The notes beneath the pieces were generated by a model. It did no database searches. It was not told where the DNA came from and saw nothing but the letters and a program-made list of their open reading frames with translations. A stretch of DNA of 16,921 nucleotides from Thermoplasmatota archaeon. GTDB lineage: Archaea > Thermoplasmatota > Penumbrarchaeia > Penumbrarchaeales > Penumbrarchaeaceae. A program made the position numbers and the translations under genes. Shown one piece after another: positions 1 to 7,140 of the stretch. Numbering within the stretch: the first letter of the stretch is position 1; the number at the start of each line of letters is the position of its first letter. The stretch lies in assembly GCA_049472275.1 (NCBI GenBank), contig JBLIRL010000049.1:1-16921 (forward strand), written 5' to 3'.

Positions 1-286
1 CATGCCCGGATACTGTTACCTCGATCGCTTCGGCAAAGGAGGGCGTGAACAACATACTCAAGAACAGACATAGAACAACAAATCTCGAAATATTCGTACG
101 AAGGATAGAACTTACATCTTCTCTCATCTCGATCCCCCTGGACCAAATTGCTGGATGATAGATATAACTTACTGATGTGGATACCTGCCGGAGAATCAAA
201 TTGAGTTGATCCGGGTGATCGAAACGGGATCCCCCGATGGAGAACCCGATACTGCACGGACCTGACAAGATCCGGCAGGGTGACAC

Positions 287-380
287 AAATTTGAAATATT
301 ATAGCCAGACCAGTTTTCCGACACACGGGGACAAAATCAATAAATATGCCCGTTTGGGTGTATTCTTTGTCAAGGGGAGT
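287..380 (+). promoter_or_regulatory. Putative promoter and RBS for the surface-protein gene. TATA-like AAATATTATAG (291-302) and AATAAATAT (338-347). SD-like GGGGAG at 374-379.
   Basis: AT-rich TATA-like boxes 36-90 nt upstream of ATG 383, with a purine-rich SD just upstream of the start. Confidence 0.3.
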
Positions 381-382
381 AG

Positions 383-3300
383 ATGAGTATGAAGGTTCTC
401 TCGCTGTTGTTATTCCTGGTTCTTCTTTCAGCCTCGAGCTTTGGTCCTGCCTGTCCGCAACAGGCAAGCAAAGGGAATGAGGTGTCAGATCACACCACCG
501 CATCGGACGATGGCCCCGTCTCATCGGACGATGCTGTCGCTGGAGGTTATACGGAGAACCTCGGTCAGTGGAACGAGGACCTGCTTTTCATCATGGATAT
601 GCCGGGGGGCCATATAGGTCTTGGAAGGGGCTCGTTCTTCATTCATCAGGTCGACCGCCAGACAGAGCCCCTCGAACATCGAGGCCCCGTGTTGAATGGT
701 CCCGTGCAGGAACCGCAGATGCAGGAAGCTGTCGTTATCGGCTACGAGCTCCTCGGATGCAACGATGTTGCGCCCGTCGGGTACGAGAGGTTGGAGGGAG
801 ACCAGAACTTCTTCAAGGGAAATGATCCCTCCCGTTGGGTCAGGGGGGCCCGAAGCTATGCAAAGGTCTCGTACCATGATATCTGGGACGGGATAGATCT
901 CGATCTCATCATCAGCGGGGCGGGACCGAAGTACGAGTTCACAGTCTCCCCCGGTGTCGATCCCACCCGAATCAGGATCCGTATTTCGGGACACGAGGGG
1001 CTTTCGGACTCCGATGGCGGGTTGAGGATCGACCATGCTCTCGGATCGCTCACGGAATCCGGTCTTGTGGTCTTCGAGGGGGCCGCCAGAGGCAGGATGG
1101 TAACTTCCAGTTTCGAACTCCTTTCGGATGATACCTTCGGTTTCGATATAGGTGAATATGATGAGGATCTCCCGCTTGTGATCGATCCGCTGATATGCGC
1201 CACATATTTCGGAGGTCGGAGCAACGAGGAGCTGGTGAACATGGAGGTTGACGACCTGGGAAATGTCATCCTCTGCGGAAATACATATTCCAAGGATTTC
1301 CCGACCACACCAGGGGCATATTCCCGGGAGAAGAACGGGGAGCAGGATGTCTTCGTCAGCATGCTGAACCACAACTGCTCGTCACTGATCCGCTCCACGT
1401 TCTTCGGAGGCTGGAGTGACGATTCAGCTGTTGGAATGTCGACAGGTCCGGATGGGGACGTATACATTACAGGTGTTGTCAGATCGACGGATTTCCCGAC
1501 GACCAACGGAGCATATCAGACCGAACACAACGGCGGCCTGAACGACGGCTATGTGGTTCGCATGAAGAGCGATCTTTCCAACCTGTCCTATTCCACATAT
1601 GTGGGTGGCCCCGATATCGAGCAGGGGTCCTGCATTGCGGTGGATGAGATGGGATATGCCTATGTCGGGGGCATATCGGAGGGAAGGTTTCCGACGACCA
1701 ACGGGTGCCTGGACGATTCCTTCAACGGGAGATATGACGCCGTCGTCTTCAAGGTGAATACCGACGGTTCCGGTCTCGTCTTCTCCACCTACCTGGGAGG
1801 CGATGATAGTGAAAGCGCATGGGCCATCGACCTAGATAATAACGGGAACATCCTCGTCTCGGGAGGCACTTCATCTTCTGACTTTCCGATCACAGCCAAT
1901 GCTTTTGACAGGAATCTGGCCGGAAGGAACGATCTGTTCATGACCAAACTCAATAACGGAGGCAACACCAACCTCTTCTCCACCTACATCGGGGGCTCGG
2001 AAAGTGAATATGTCCGGGATATATTCGTGGATGACAACGGTGACATATACGTCACGGGCTCCACCTCCTCACTCGACTTCCCGTGCTCCCAGGGTGCCTA
2101 TGACAACTCGTTCGGCGGAAGGGATGATGGTTTCTGCCTGAAGCTGAACACGTCAGGTTCCCTGATCCATTACTCGACCTACATTGGAGGGTCATCCTAT
2201 GAATACGGGGGCTCCATCGATGTGGACGAGCAGGGGAACGCATTCATCTGCGGGTGGACCGAATCATCGAACTTTCCGGTAACACCCTACTCCTACGATA
2301 CAACGATAAACGGCGCTCTCGATGGGTTCGCCTCAGCCATATCCCCCGATGGAAAGCAGTTGGTCTACTCGACGTTCATCGGTGCGAACAGCAGCGATTA
2401 CGGATTCTGCATCGACATCAACACATCTGATGTTCTGACTGTTGCGATGTTCACCTATTCCACAACCCTGACGACCACTCCGAATGCCTACTCAGGGACC
2501 AATGGGGGAAGTCCGGAGATATACCTGATAAAGTTCGACGTGAAGTTCCCTCCGGCCCCTCCCAGGGGCCTGAGGTGCGAACAGGAAAGAGGTACCAACC
2601 ACCTGGCCTGGAACGTTCCGGAGAACGACGGGGGTGAACCCCTGCTCGGCTACAGGATATACAGGGCGGAAGGGGCAGGTTCGTTCTCCAGGGCGGGTGA
2701 GACAACGGACACGACATATGATGATGAAACTATAGATGACGGAAAGTACTATACCTATCACGTGAGGGCATTCAATTCCGTCGGGGAATCTATCCCAAGC
2801 AACGAGATCACGGCAAGGGACCTCATCGCACCCAGCATCGTCCAGGACCTGACTCCTTCAAGCGGCACGACAGGTGATCCGTTCGTTTTCTCCGTGATCG
2901 CGCACGACAACATAGGCATCGGCGCCGTATACGTCAACCATAGGTTCTCACGATCTCCGACGTTCACAAACGCATCCATGGATGATGACGGGAGCGGAAA
3001 ATGGGCGCACGGGATCCAGATACCGTCCGATTCGTTGGACCCATTGGAATACTATTTCGTCGTCATGGACCTCATCGGGAACGTCTTTTCATCGGATCAG
3101 GGTACCGTCATCATACAGGACGACGACCCACCTGTCTTCCTGGACGATCTGACATCGCCTTCGGGGACGAGTGGGAAGCCCCACATGTTCGCTGTCATCG
3201 CGGAGGACAACGTCGATCTGCAGAGCGTCATGTTGGAGTACTGGTACGAGGGAGGCGAACACTCGAACCAGACTATGTTGGGGGAAGGATCGAAATGGTC

Positions 3301-4534
3301 CTTCGAGATCGTCCTGGACCAGATAACGGGTCGTCTCTTCTACAGGTTCCGGGGCCTCGATCTGGGCGGAGGTGAAAGGATGACCGATATCAGGGTGGTG
3401 GATATCTCCGATGACATGCTCCCCGAATTCTCCGTCGACAGGTCCGACAGGGAGGCTACTACAGGTGACCCGTTCCACTTCGAGATCGAGGTTTCCGATA
3501 ACGTTCTCGTGAAGAACCTGACCCTCGAGTACTGGCTCTCCACCGACGGGGAGAGGAACAGGATCACCAAGGAGCAGACCTCGATCTCGCATGATATGGA
3601 CATGCCATTTCAAAGCCTCCCGGTCCTGAACTACAGGTTCATGTCCTGGGACGCATCGGGCAACATGAACTCGACTGATGTGGTCCAGATCACGGTTTCG
3701 GACGATGATCCGCCGGACCTCACCGACATGTCCGATTCCGAAGCGTCCACGGGAGTCGATTTCCTGATAGATTTCACGGCTTCGGACAACATTCGGGTCG
3801 ACAAGGTGGAGGTACATTACTGGTTCGGACACGGTGACCACTGGGTCCTGGAAACGGAAGCCGACGGGAACCGGAGGTCCGGGGCCGTCGATATCCCCGA
3901 AGACGAGGGGGAGAGTTTCAACTATCAGATCAAGGTCATCGACGCATCCGGGAACTCGAATATCATCGTTGAGGAGGATATCGAGATCATCGATGTTATC
4001 CCGCCCGAAATAGGACGGATCGCCAACATGACAGTGGAACCGGGCAAGGAGACCTCCATCGTGATATCGGCCACCGACAACATAGGCGTGGCCGGCTACA
4101 AATGGACCGGCGGCGAGCTCTCGGGTTCCGGGATGACAATCACCTTCATGTTCGGCGAGCCCGGTGAGTACAGGTTCGTCATCGAGGTCTGGGACAGGGC
4201 GGATAATACCGCCACCTCGGAGTTCTGGGTCAATGTGACCGATGACGACGGCCCTGGGAGACCTGACGGAAAAACAGACCGGAGATCGAACCCAGACGAT
4301 CCCTTCCCGATATGGGTGGTCCTGATAATCGTCGTGGTCGTCATGCTTATACTGGTCAATCTCCTGATAATCGTGATGCCAAGACTGAGAAGGGAGGCGC
4401 CCGAACTTGATGCTCCAGCTCGACCTATGGCCGCGGCCGGACCTGTGCCGGAGCAGGCTCCTTCCTACCCTCGACCGCAGCAGCCAAACAGTGAGGGGAG
4501 CACGCCCCCGATCGATCCCGGGTCACGCCTCTGA
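383..4534 (+). CDS. Large cell-surface (S-layer/adhesin-like) protein, 1383 aa. N-terminal Sec signal peptide. N-terminal domain of the type that usually precedes SBBP repeats ('YTENLGQW...'). Seven SBBP/beta-propeller blades ('Y(I/V)GG..-E-..-D-.G(N/D).Y(V/I)TG.T.S.DFP.T.GAY'). One fibronectin type III domain ('PPAPPRGLRCEQ...LLGYRIYRAEG...YYTYHVRAFNSVGES'). Five ~100-aa Ig/HYR-like repeats sharing 'D.PP...(S/T)G..F.F.(A/S).DN(I/V).V..V.L.YW'. C-terminal TM helix ('PIWVVLIIVVVVMLILVNLLIIVMP') and a ~50-aa Pro-rich cytoplasmic tail.
   Basis: A single 4.15-kb ORF. SD-like GGGGAG lies at 374-379. A second in-frame ATG at 389 has better SD spacing and is an alternative start. The signal peptide is MSMKVLSLLLFLVLLSASSFG. 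Domain calls come from motif recognition in the translation. The protein is strongly acidic (Asp/Glu-rich). Confidence 0.85.
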   Translation: MSMKVLSLLLFLVLLSASSFGPACPQQASKGNEVSDHTTASDDGPVSSDDAVAGGYTENLGQWNEDLLFIMDMPGGHIGLGRGSFFIHQVDRQTEPLEHRGPVLNGPVQEPQMQEAVVIGYELLGCNDVAPVGYERLEGDQNFFKGNDPSRWVRGARSYAKVSYHDIWDGIDLDLIISGAGPKYEFTVSPGVDPTRIRIRISGHEGLSDSDGGLRIDHALGSLTESGLVVFEGAARGRMVTSSFELLSDDTFGFDIGEYDEDLPLVIDPLICATYFGGRSNEELVNMEVDDLGNVILCGNTYSKDFPTTPGAYSREKNGEQDVFVSMLNHNCSSLIRSTFFGGWSDDSAVGMSTGPDGDVYITGVVRSTDFPTTNGAYQTEHNGGLNDGYVVRMKSDLSNLSYSTYVGGPDIEQGSCIAVDEMGYAYVGGISEGRFPTTNGCLDDSFNGRYDAVVFKVNTDGSGLVFSTYLGGDDSESAWAIDLDNNGNILVSGGTSSSDFPITANAFDRNLAGRNDLFMTKLNNGGNTNLFSTYIGGSESEYVRDIFVDDNGDIYVTGSTSSLDFPCSQGAYDNSFGGRDDGFCLKLNTSGSLIHYSTYIGGSSYEYGGSIDVDEQGNAFICGWTESSNFPVTPYSYDTTINGALDGFASAISPDGKQLVYSTFIGANSSDYGFCIDINTSDVLTVAMFTYSTTLTTTPNAYSGTNGGSPEIYLIKFDVKFPPAPPRGLRCEQERGTNHLAWNVPENDGGEPLLGYRIYRAEGAGSFSRAGETTDTTYDDETIDDGKYYTYHVRAFNSVGESIPSNEITARDLIAPSIVQDLTPSSGTTGDPFVFSVIAHDNIGIGAVYVNHRFSRSPTFTNASMDDDGSGKWAHGIQIPSDSLDPLEYYFVVMDLIGNVFSSDQGTVIIQDDDPPVFLDDLTSPSGTSGKPHMFAVIAEDNVDLQSVMLEYWYEGGEHSNQTMLGEGSKWSFEIVLDQITGRLFYRFRGLDLGGGERMTDIRVVDISDDMLPEFSVDRSDREATTGDPFHFEIEVSDNVLVKNLTLEYWLSTDGERNRITKEQTSISHDMDMPFQSLPVLNYRFMSWDASGNMNSTDVVQITVSDDDPPDLTDMSDSEASTGVDFLIDFTASDNIRVDKVEVHYWFGHGDHWVLETEADGNRRSGAVDIPEDEGESFNYQIKVIDASGNSNIIVEEDIEIIDVIPPEIGRIANMTVEPGKETSIVISATDNIGVAGYKWTGGELSGSGMTITFMFGEPGEYRFVIEVWDRADNTATSEFWVNVTDDDGPGRPDGKTDRRSNPDDPFPIWVVLIIVVVVMLILVNLLIIVMPRLRREAPELDAPARPMAAAGPVPEQAPSYPRPQQPNSEGSTPPIDPGSRL
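1195..2540 (+). repeat. Seven tandem protein-level SBBP (beta-propeller) repeats inside the surface-protein gene, predicting a 7-bladed propeller.
   Basis: Seven recurrences of (Y/F)(I/V/F)GG ... DxxGNxY(V/I)TG .. S.DFP.T.GAY at ~55-65-aa spacing in the translation. Confidence 0.6.
2545..2815 (+). other. Fibronectin type III domain within the surface protein.
   Basis: PPAPPRGL..., then W/Y/L core pattern 'LAWNVPENDGGEPLLGYRIYRAEGAGSF...TTYDDETIDDGKYYTYHVRAFNSVGESIPS', the classic FN3 tyrosine-corner region. Confidence 0.6.
2819..4255 (+). repeat. Five tandem ~95-100-aa Ig-like (HYR/Big-like) repeats with a conserved DN(I/V) motif and a C-terminal YW/W.
   Basis: Repeat starts read 'IAPSIVQDLTPSSGTTGDPFVFSVIAHDNIGIGAVYV', 'DDDPPVFLDDLTSPSGTSGKPHMFAVIAEDNVDLQSVMLEYW', 'DDMLPEFSVDRSDREATTGDPFHFEIEVSDNVLVKNLTLEYW', 'DDDPPDLTDMSDSEASTGVDFLIDFTASDNIRVDKVEVHYW' and 'VIPPEIGRIANMTVEPGKETSIVISATDNIGVAGYKW'. 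The repeats are diverged at nucleotide level, so they are old. Confidence 0.6.
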
Positions 4535-4565
4535 GAGGACGAACATTTGGAGGGTCCGTAACGGA

Positions 4566-5054
4566 TCAGCTGAAGGTGAAGACCAGGAACAGAAGTGTCA
4601 ACAATCCCTGGAACACGATCCAGATGATGGCGAATATGTTCCCGACCTTCTTGGTGACAGCCTCGGGCTCCTTCTTCCCGCTGTAATAAACGCTCCATAT
4701 CTCGAGTGCGAGTGACGCGATGAGGATGAGGTCCCCGACCAAGGGGATCAGGAAGTAGACGCCGGCCCCCACGAAGAATGCGATAAGCCCGAGGATGAAT
4801 ATCAGGTCGGATGCCTTGGGGAGTATTCCCTTCATCTCGTTCTCCAAGGTGGTCTTTCCCCTGTCCGGAAAGAACGTCGGGACAGGATACCACCTCGAAT
4901 GCGATACGTTCTTCATCATGTCCTCGTTGGAAAGGTCCCCGTTGCGCTTCATCCTCGACACGTCATCCCATGTCATGGGTCCCGTGACCTCGGCGTCGAT
5001 CATCACATACCATATCGGTCCTTCTTCCTGTTCGTTCACATCATCACCACTCAT
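4566..5054 (-). CDS. Small membrane protein, 162 aa. N-terminal GYF_2/DUF4339-like domain ('GPIWYVMIDAEVTGPMTWDDVSRMKRNGDLSNEDMMKNVSHSRWYPV') followed by two TM helices.
   Basis: Its ATG (5054-5052) overlaps the TGA of the upstream PD40 gene in an ATGA arrangement. The ORF track's 240-aa version is extended with an Arg-rich N-terminus that reads like out-of-frame overlap with the upstream gene. Convergent with the surface-protein gene, with a 31-bp gap. Confidence 0.6.
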   Translation of the reverse strand: MSGDDVNEQEEGPIWYVMIDAEVTGPMTWDDVSRMKRNGDLSNEDMMKNVSHSRWYPVPTFFPDRGKTTLENEMKGILPKASDLIFILGLIAFFVGAGVYFLIPLVGDLILIASLALEIWSVYYSGKKEPEAVTKKVGNIFAIIWIVFQGLLTLLFLVFTFS

Positions 5055-6034
5055 TTTCTGTAGCAGACATAGATATCGGCCTCGATCATCACATCGTCCT
5101 TGAAGAAGTGATGGGCGAAGTAGAGGTTCCCCTCCGAGTCGAGGGTGGGTTCCGCCGCGAAGGTCTCGACGATCAGTTCGGGTTCCTGCCAGGCCCCGTT
5201 CGATTTGTACGACCTCCAGATGGAAGGGGCTCCCATGTGCTGCCTGGTGAACCAGAGCTCGCCTCCGTCCGGAGTCAGGTACGGCCAACCTTCGTTCTGT
5301 TCGGTATTCACGTTCTCGAGATTGACTGGGGTCGTCCAGTCATCGCCGTCCCTTGACATCATCCAGATATCGTAAGCGCCCTTGCCTCCATCCCTTCCCG
5401 AATGGAAGTAGAGGTCGTCCCCGACGAAGTGTAATTCTCCCACCTCGAGTTCCAGCATCCTGTCGCCGGCATGCTTCCAGTTCGTCCACTCGCCATCCAC
5501 CCGCTCCGCCGTGAACCACTGGAGGCCTTCGTAGCCTTCCCTTGCGCATGCGAACCACATGGTATTTCCAATGATGGTCTGGGCCCCGTCCAGGGAAAGC
5601 TTGCCGGGGTCCTGGAGCCAGACCCTTTCCGCCTCCGACCAGGTCCCGTTGACCTTATGCGACACATATATGCCGGTCACATCGTCTATGACCTGCTTCT
5701 CCGGGGGGACGCTAACATCCGGAGTGAAGAAGAAGTAGAAGGTGTCCCCGTCGGGCATGATGAACGGTGAGTCCTCGCCTCCCTTGGTGTTGACGAGCCC
5801 CGGCATGGGGACCGGTTCCTCGAACTCATCCGAGTGAAGGATCGGAGGATGGACATCGGCCTCGGGGGTCACCTTCACGGCATCCCGGGGGATCTTCTCG
5901 TATCTGGTGACATCCGGATATTCTCCCGGCTCCTCCTCGAGGCAGCCGGGTATCAGAAATATCATGAAGAGAGCAAGAACGAGAACGATCCTCCCGTGGT
6001 CGCCGTTATGGGTCCCAATACGCATCCCTCTCAT
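5051..6034 (-). CDS. Secreted or lipo-protein with PD40 (TolB-like WD40-like) beta-propeller repeats, 327 aa. N-terminal signal/anchor with a Cys ('LIPGC').
   Basis: PD40-like motifs 'SPFIMPDGDTFYFFF', 'GWPYLTPDGGELWFT', 'EPTLDSEGNLYFA', 'GAYDIWMMSRDGDDWTTPVNL'. The hydrophobic N-terminus is MRGMRIGTHNGDHGRIVLVLALFMIFLIPGC. A GGGGG SD-like motif sits 7-11 nt upstream. M4 (6025) is an alternative start. Confidence 0.8.
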   Translation of the reverse strand: MRGMRIGTHNGDHGRIVLVLALFMIFLIPGCLEEEPGEYPDVTRYEKIPRDAVKVTPEADVHPPILHSDEFEEPVPMPGLVNTKGGEDSPFIMPDGDTFYFFFTPDVSVPPEKQVIDDVTGIYVSHKVNGTWSEAERVWLQDPGKLSLDGAQTIIGNTMWFACAREGYEGLQWFTAERVDGEWTNWKHAGDRMLELEVGELHFVGDDLYFHSGRDGGKGAYDIWMMSRDGDDWTTPVNLENVNTEQNEGWPYLTPDGGELWFTRQHMGAPSIWRSYKSNGAWQEPELIVETFAAEPTLDSEGNLYFAHHFFKDDVMIEADIYVCYRK

Positions 6035-6115
6035 CGTATGCCCCCGTTTCCGGATGATAATGCAGCATATTCATTGAAATATCTTTCCAATACCTGCCAG
6101 AACGGATCGTCCGCG

Positions 6116-7075
6116 TCATCGTCTCCGAGGGGGGCCTCCTGATGAAGGGTATCCTGTCTGCGATCGACCATCGGGCGGAGCTCTCGTCCGCCGTCCCCTT
6201 CCGCGTGAAGCTGTCCTTTGTCCTGGGACGTTTACTTCCTTTCTGCGCAGGTCCAAAACGAGCAGAAAGATACCCACTCCCAGGATGGCGGGGAGGACGG
6301 TCCAGGATACGCAGCACGAGATATTGAGGGGGTCCCTTTCGAGATGTGATTTGAAGACAGCCGTGACCCATCTCATTTCAACGGGTTCGATCCAGGTCAG
6401 TTCACGAAGGCCGAATGTCGCTGTCTGGTCAATGACCACATTGTCGTCCCCCTTGGTCAGGAAACCATCGTGAGGCTCCAAATCGTTGCTACGGAACCTG
6501 TACAAGATGGCACCGATATCGATATCCAGGTCCTTATCGTCGTTTCGGCCCGGCCATTCGTAATCCTCGATGGTGAAGCTGTCCATCACGTTGAACAGGC
6601 CAAGAGAAGGAACATCGTACGTGCCTCCCAGCCTCGTGGCGGGATCATAGGTGGTTGAATTGAAATCGATCCAAACGACCACCCGGTGGAGGATAGGTGT
6701 CCAGCCGCGATTGCCGTTGGGATGGAAGATCAACACGTCGCCGTAGGAACCGGCCTTCCTGTAACCACTTCCCGATCCCTCGACGTATGAAGTTATCTCG
6801 GACCTCTCGTCCACGGGCTCGATCTTGATGAGATCATCCTCATTGATCGAGTCCCGTCCCGGATTTTCCATTGATCCGCTCACGACATGCATCAGTCTGT
6901 TGGGAAACATCGAGAAAACCGAAAGGAACGAGAGTACGACGGAAAGTAGAAGAATCAGCATGACCGCTGTCATAAATATCAAGGTCACCCTTCTCAATTT
7001 CAAGCCTTCCTCGTCCCCCTGATGCCTGTCAACCCTATGTCTTTGGTCACATTTAAAGACGCACGATAACAGCAT
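6116..7075 (-). CDS. Signal peptidase I (S26, Sec11/archaeal type). N-terminal signal anchor, catalytic Ser box 'HVVSGSMEN', 'HRVVVW' His box, second TM near the C-terminus, and an unusual Arg/Gly/Pro-rich C-terminal tail.
   Basis: SGSME(N/P) and HRV(V/I) boxes are diagnostic of Sec11/archaeal SPase I, which uses a Ser-His rather than a Ser-Lys dyad. An alternative start at M35 (6973) would remove the odd Cys/Arg-rich first 34 aa. Confidence 0.75.
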   Translation of the reverse strand: MLLSCVFKCDQRHRVDRHQGDEEGLKLRRVTLIFMTAVMLILLLSVVLSFLSVFSMFPNRLMHVVSGSMENPGRDSINEDDLIKIEPVDERSEITSYVEGSGSGYRKAGSYGDVLIFHPNGNRGWTPILHRVVVWIDFNSTTYDPATRLGGTYDVPSLGLFNVMDSFTIEDYEWPGRNDDKDLDIDIGAILYRFRSNDLEPHDGFLTKGDDNVVIDQTATFGLRELTWIEPVEMRWVTAVFKSHLERDPLNISCCVSWTVLPAILGVGIFLLVLDLRRKEVNVPGQRTASRGRGRRTRAPPDGRSQTGYPSSGGPPRRR

Positions 7076-7090
7076 CTTCAGACTTCGTTA

Positions 7091-7120
7091 TAAAAAAAAT
7101 GGGGGTCCCGAAGGACCCCC
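7091..7120 (-). terminator. Intrinsic-type terminator for the flotillin gene: perfect 8-bp GC stem (GGGGGTCC/GGACCCCC, loop CGAA/TTCG) followed on the minus strand by T8.
   Basis: Plus strand 7091-7120 reads TAAAAAAAATGGGGGTCCCGAAGGACCCCC. On the minus strand this is hairpin then TTTTTTTTA, 21 nt after the stop at 7141. The same T8-ATAA tract sits 13-24 nt upstream of the signal-peptidase ATG and may double as its TATA element. Confidence 0.55.
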
Positions 7121-7140
7121 CCGAAAACTTCTCCAAGCGT

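Noticed and set aside
1-160. Possible gene fragments at the left edge: a minus-strand ATG at 55..53 reading MLFTPSFAEAIEVTVSGH... off the window, and short plus-frame tails ending at 73 or 159.
   Set aside because: Fewer than 20-50 codons are visible. They cannot be supported from this window alone.
150-270. C/D-box-like motifs (GGATGATAG ... CTGA ... GTGATCG ... CTGA) in the leader region.
   Set aside because: Box spacing (~110 nt overall) does not fit the 50-60-nt archaeal C/D sRNA layout, and there are no terminal pairing stems.
521-1506. Long minus-strand ORFs (283 aa at 521..1372 and 216 aa at 856..1506) inside the surface-protein gene.
   Set aside because: They are antisense to a strongly motif-bearing ORF. 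Their translations are Arg/Pro/Ser-rich with no domain signal. This is the typical stop-codon-poor antisense frame of GC-rich coding DNA.
5055-5288. N-terminal 78-aa extension of the DUF4339-like ORF (ORF-track version 4566..5288).
   Set aside because: The extension is Arg/Gly-rich, overlaps the C-terminus of the PD40 gene in another frame, and an ATGA stop/start overlap at 5051-5054 gives a far more natural start.
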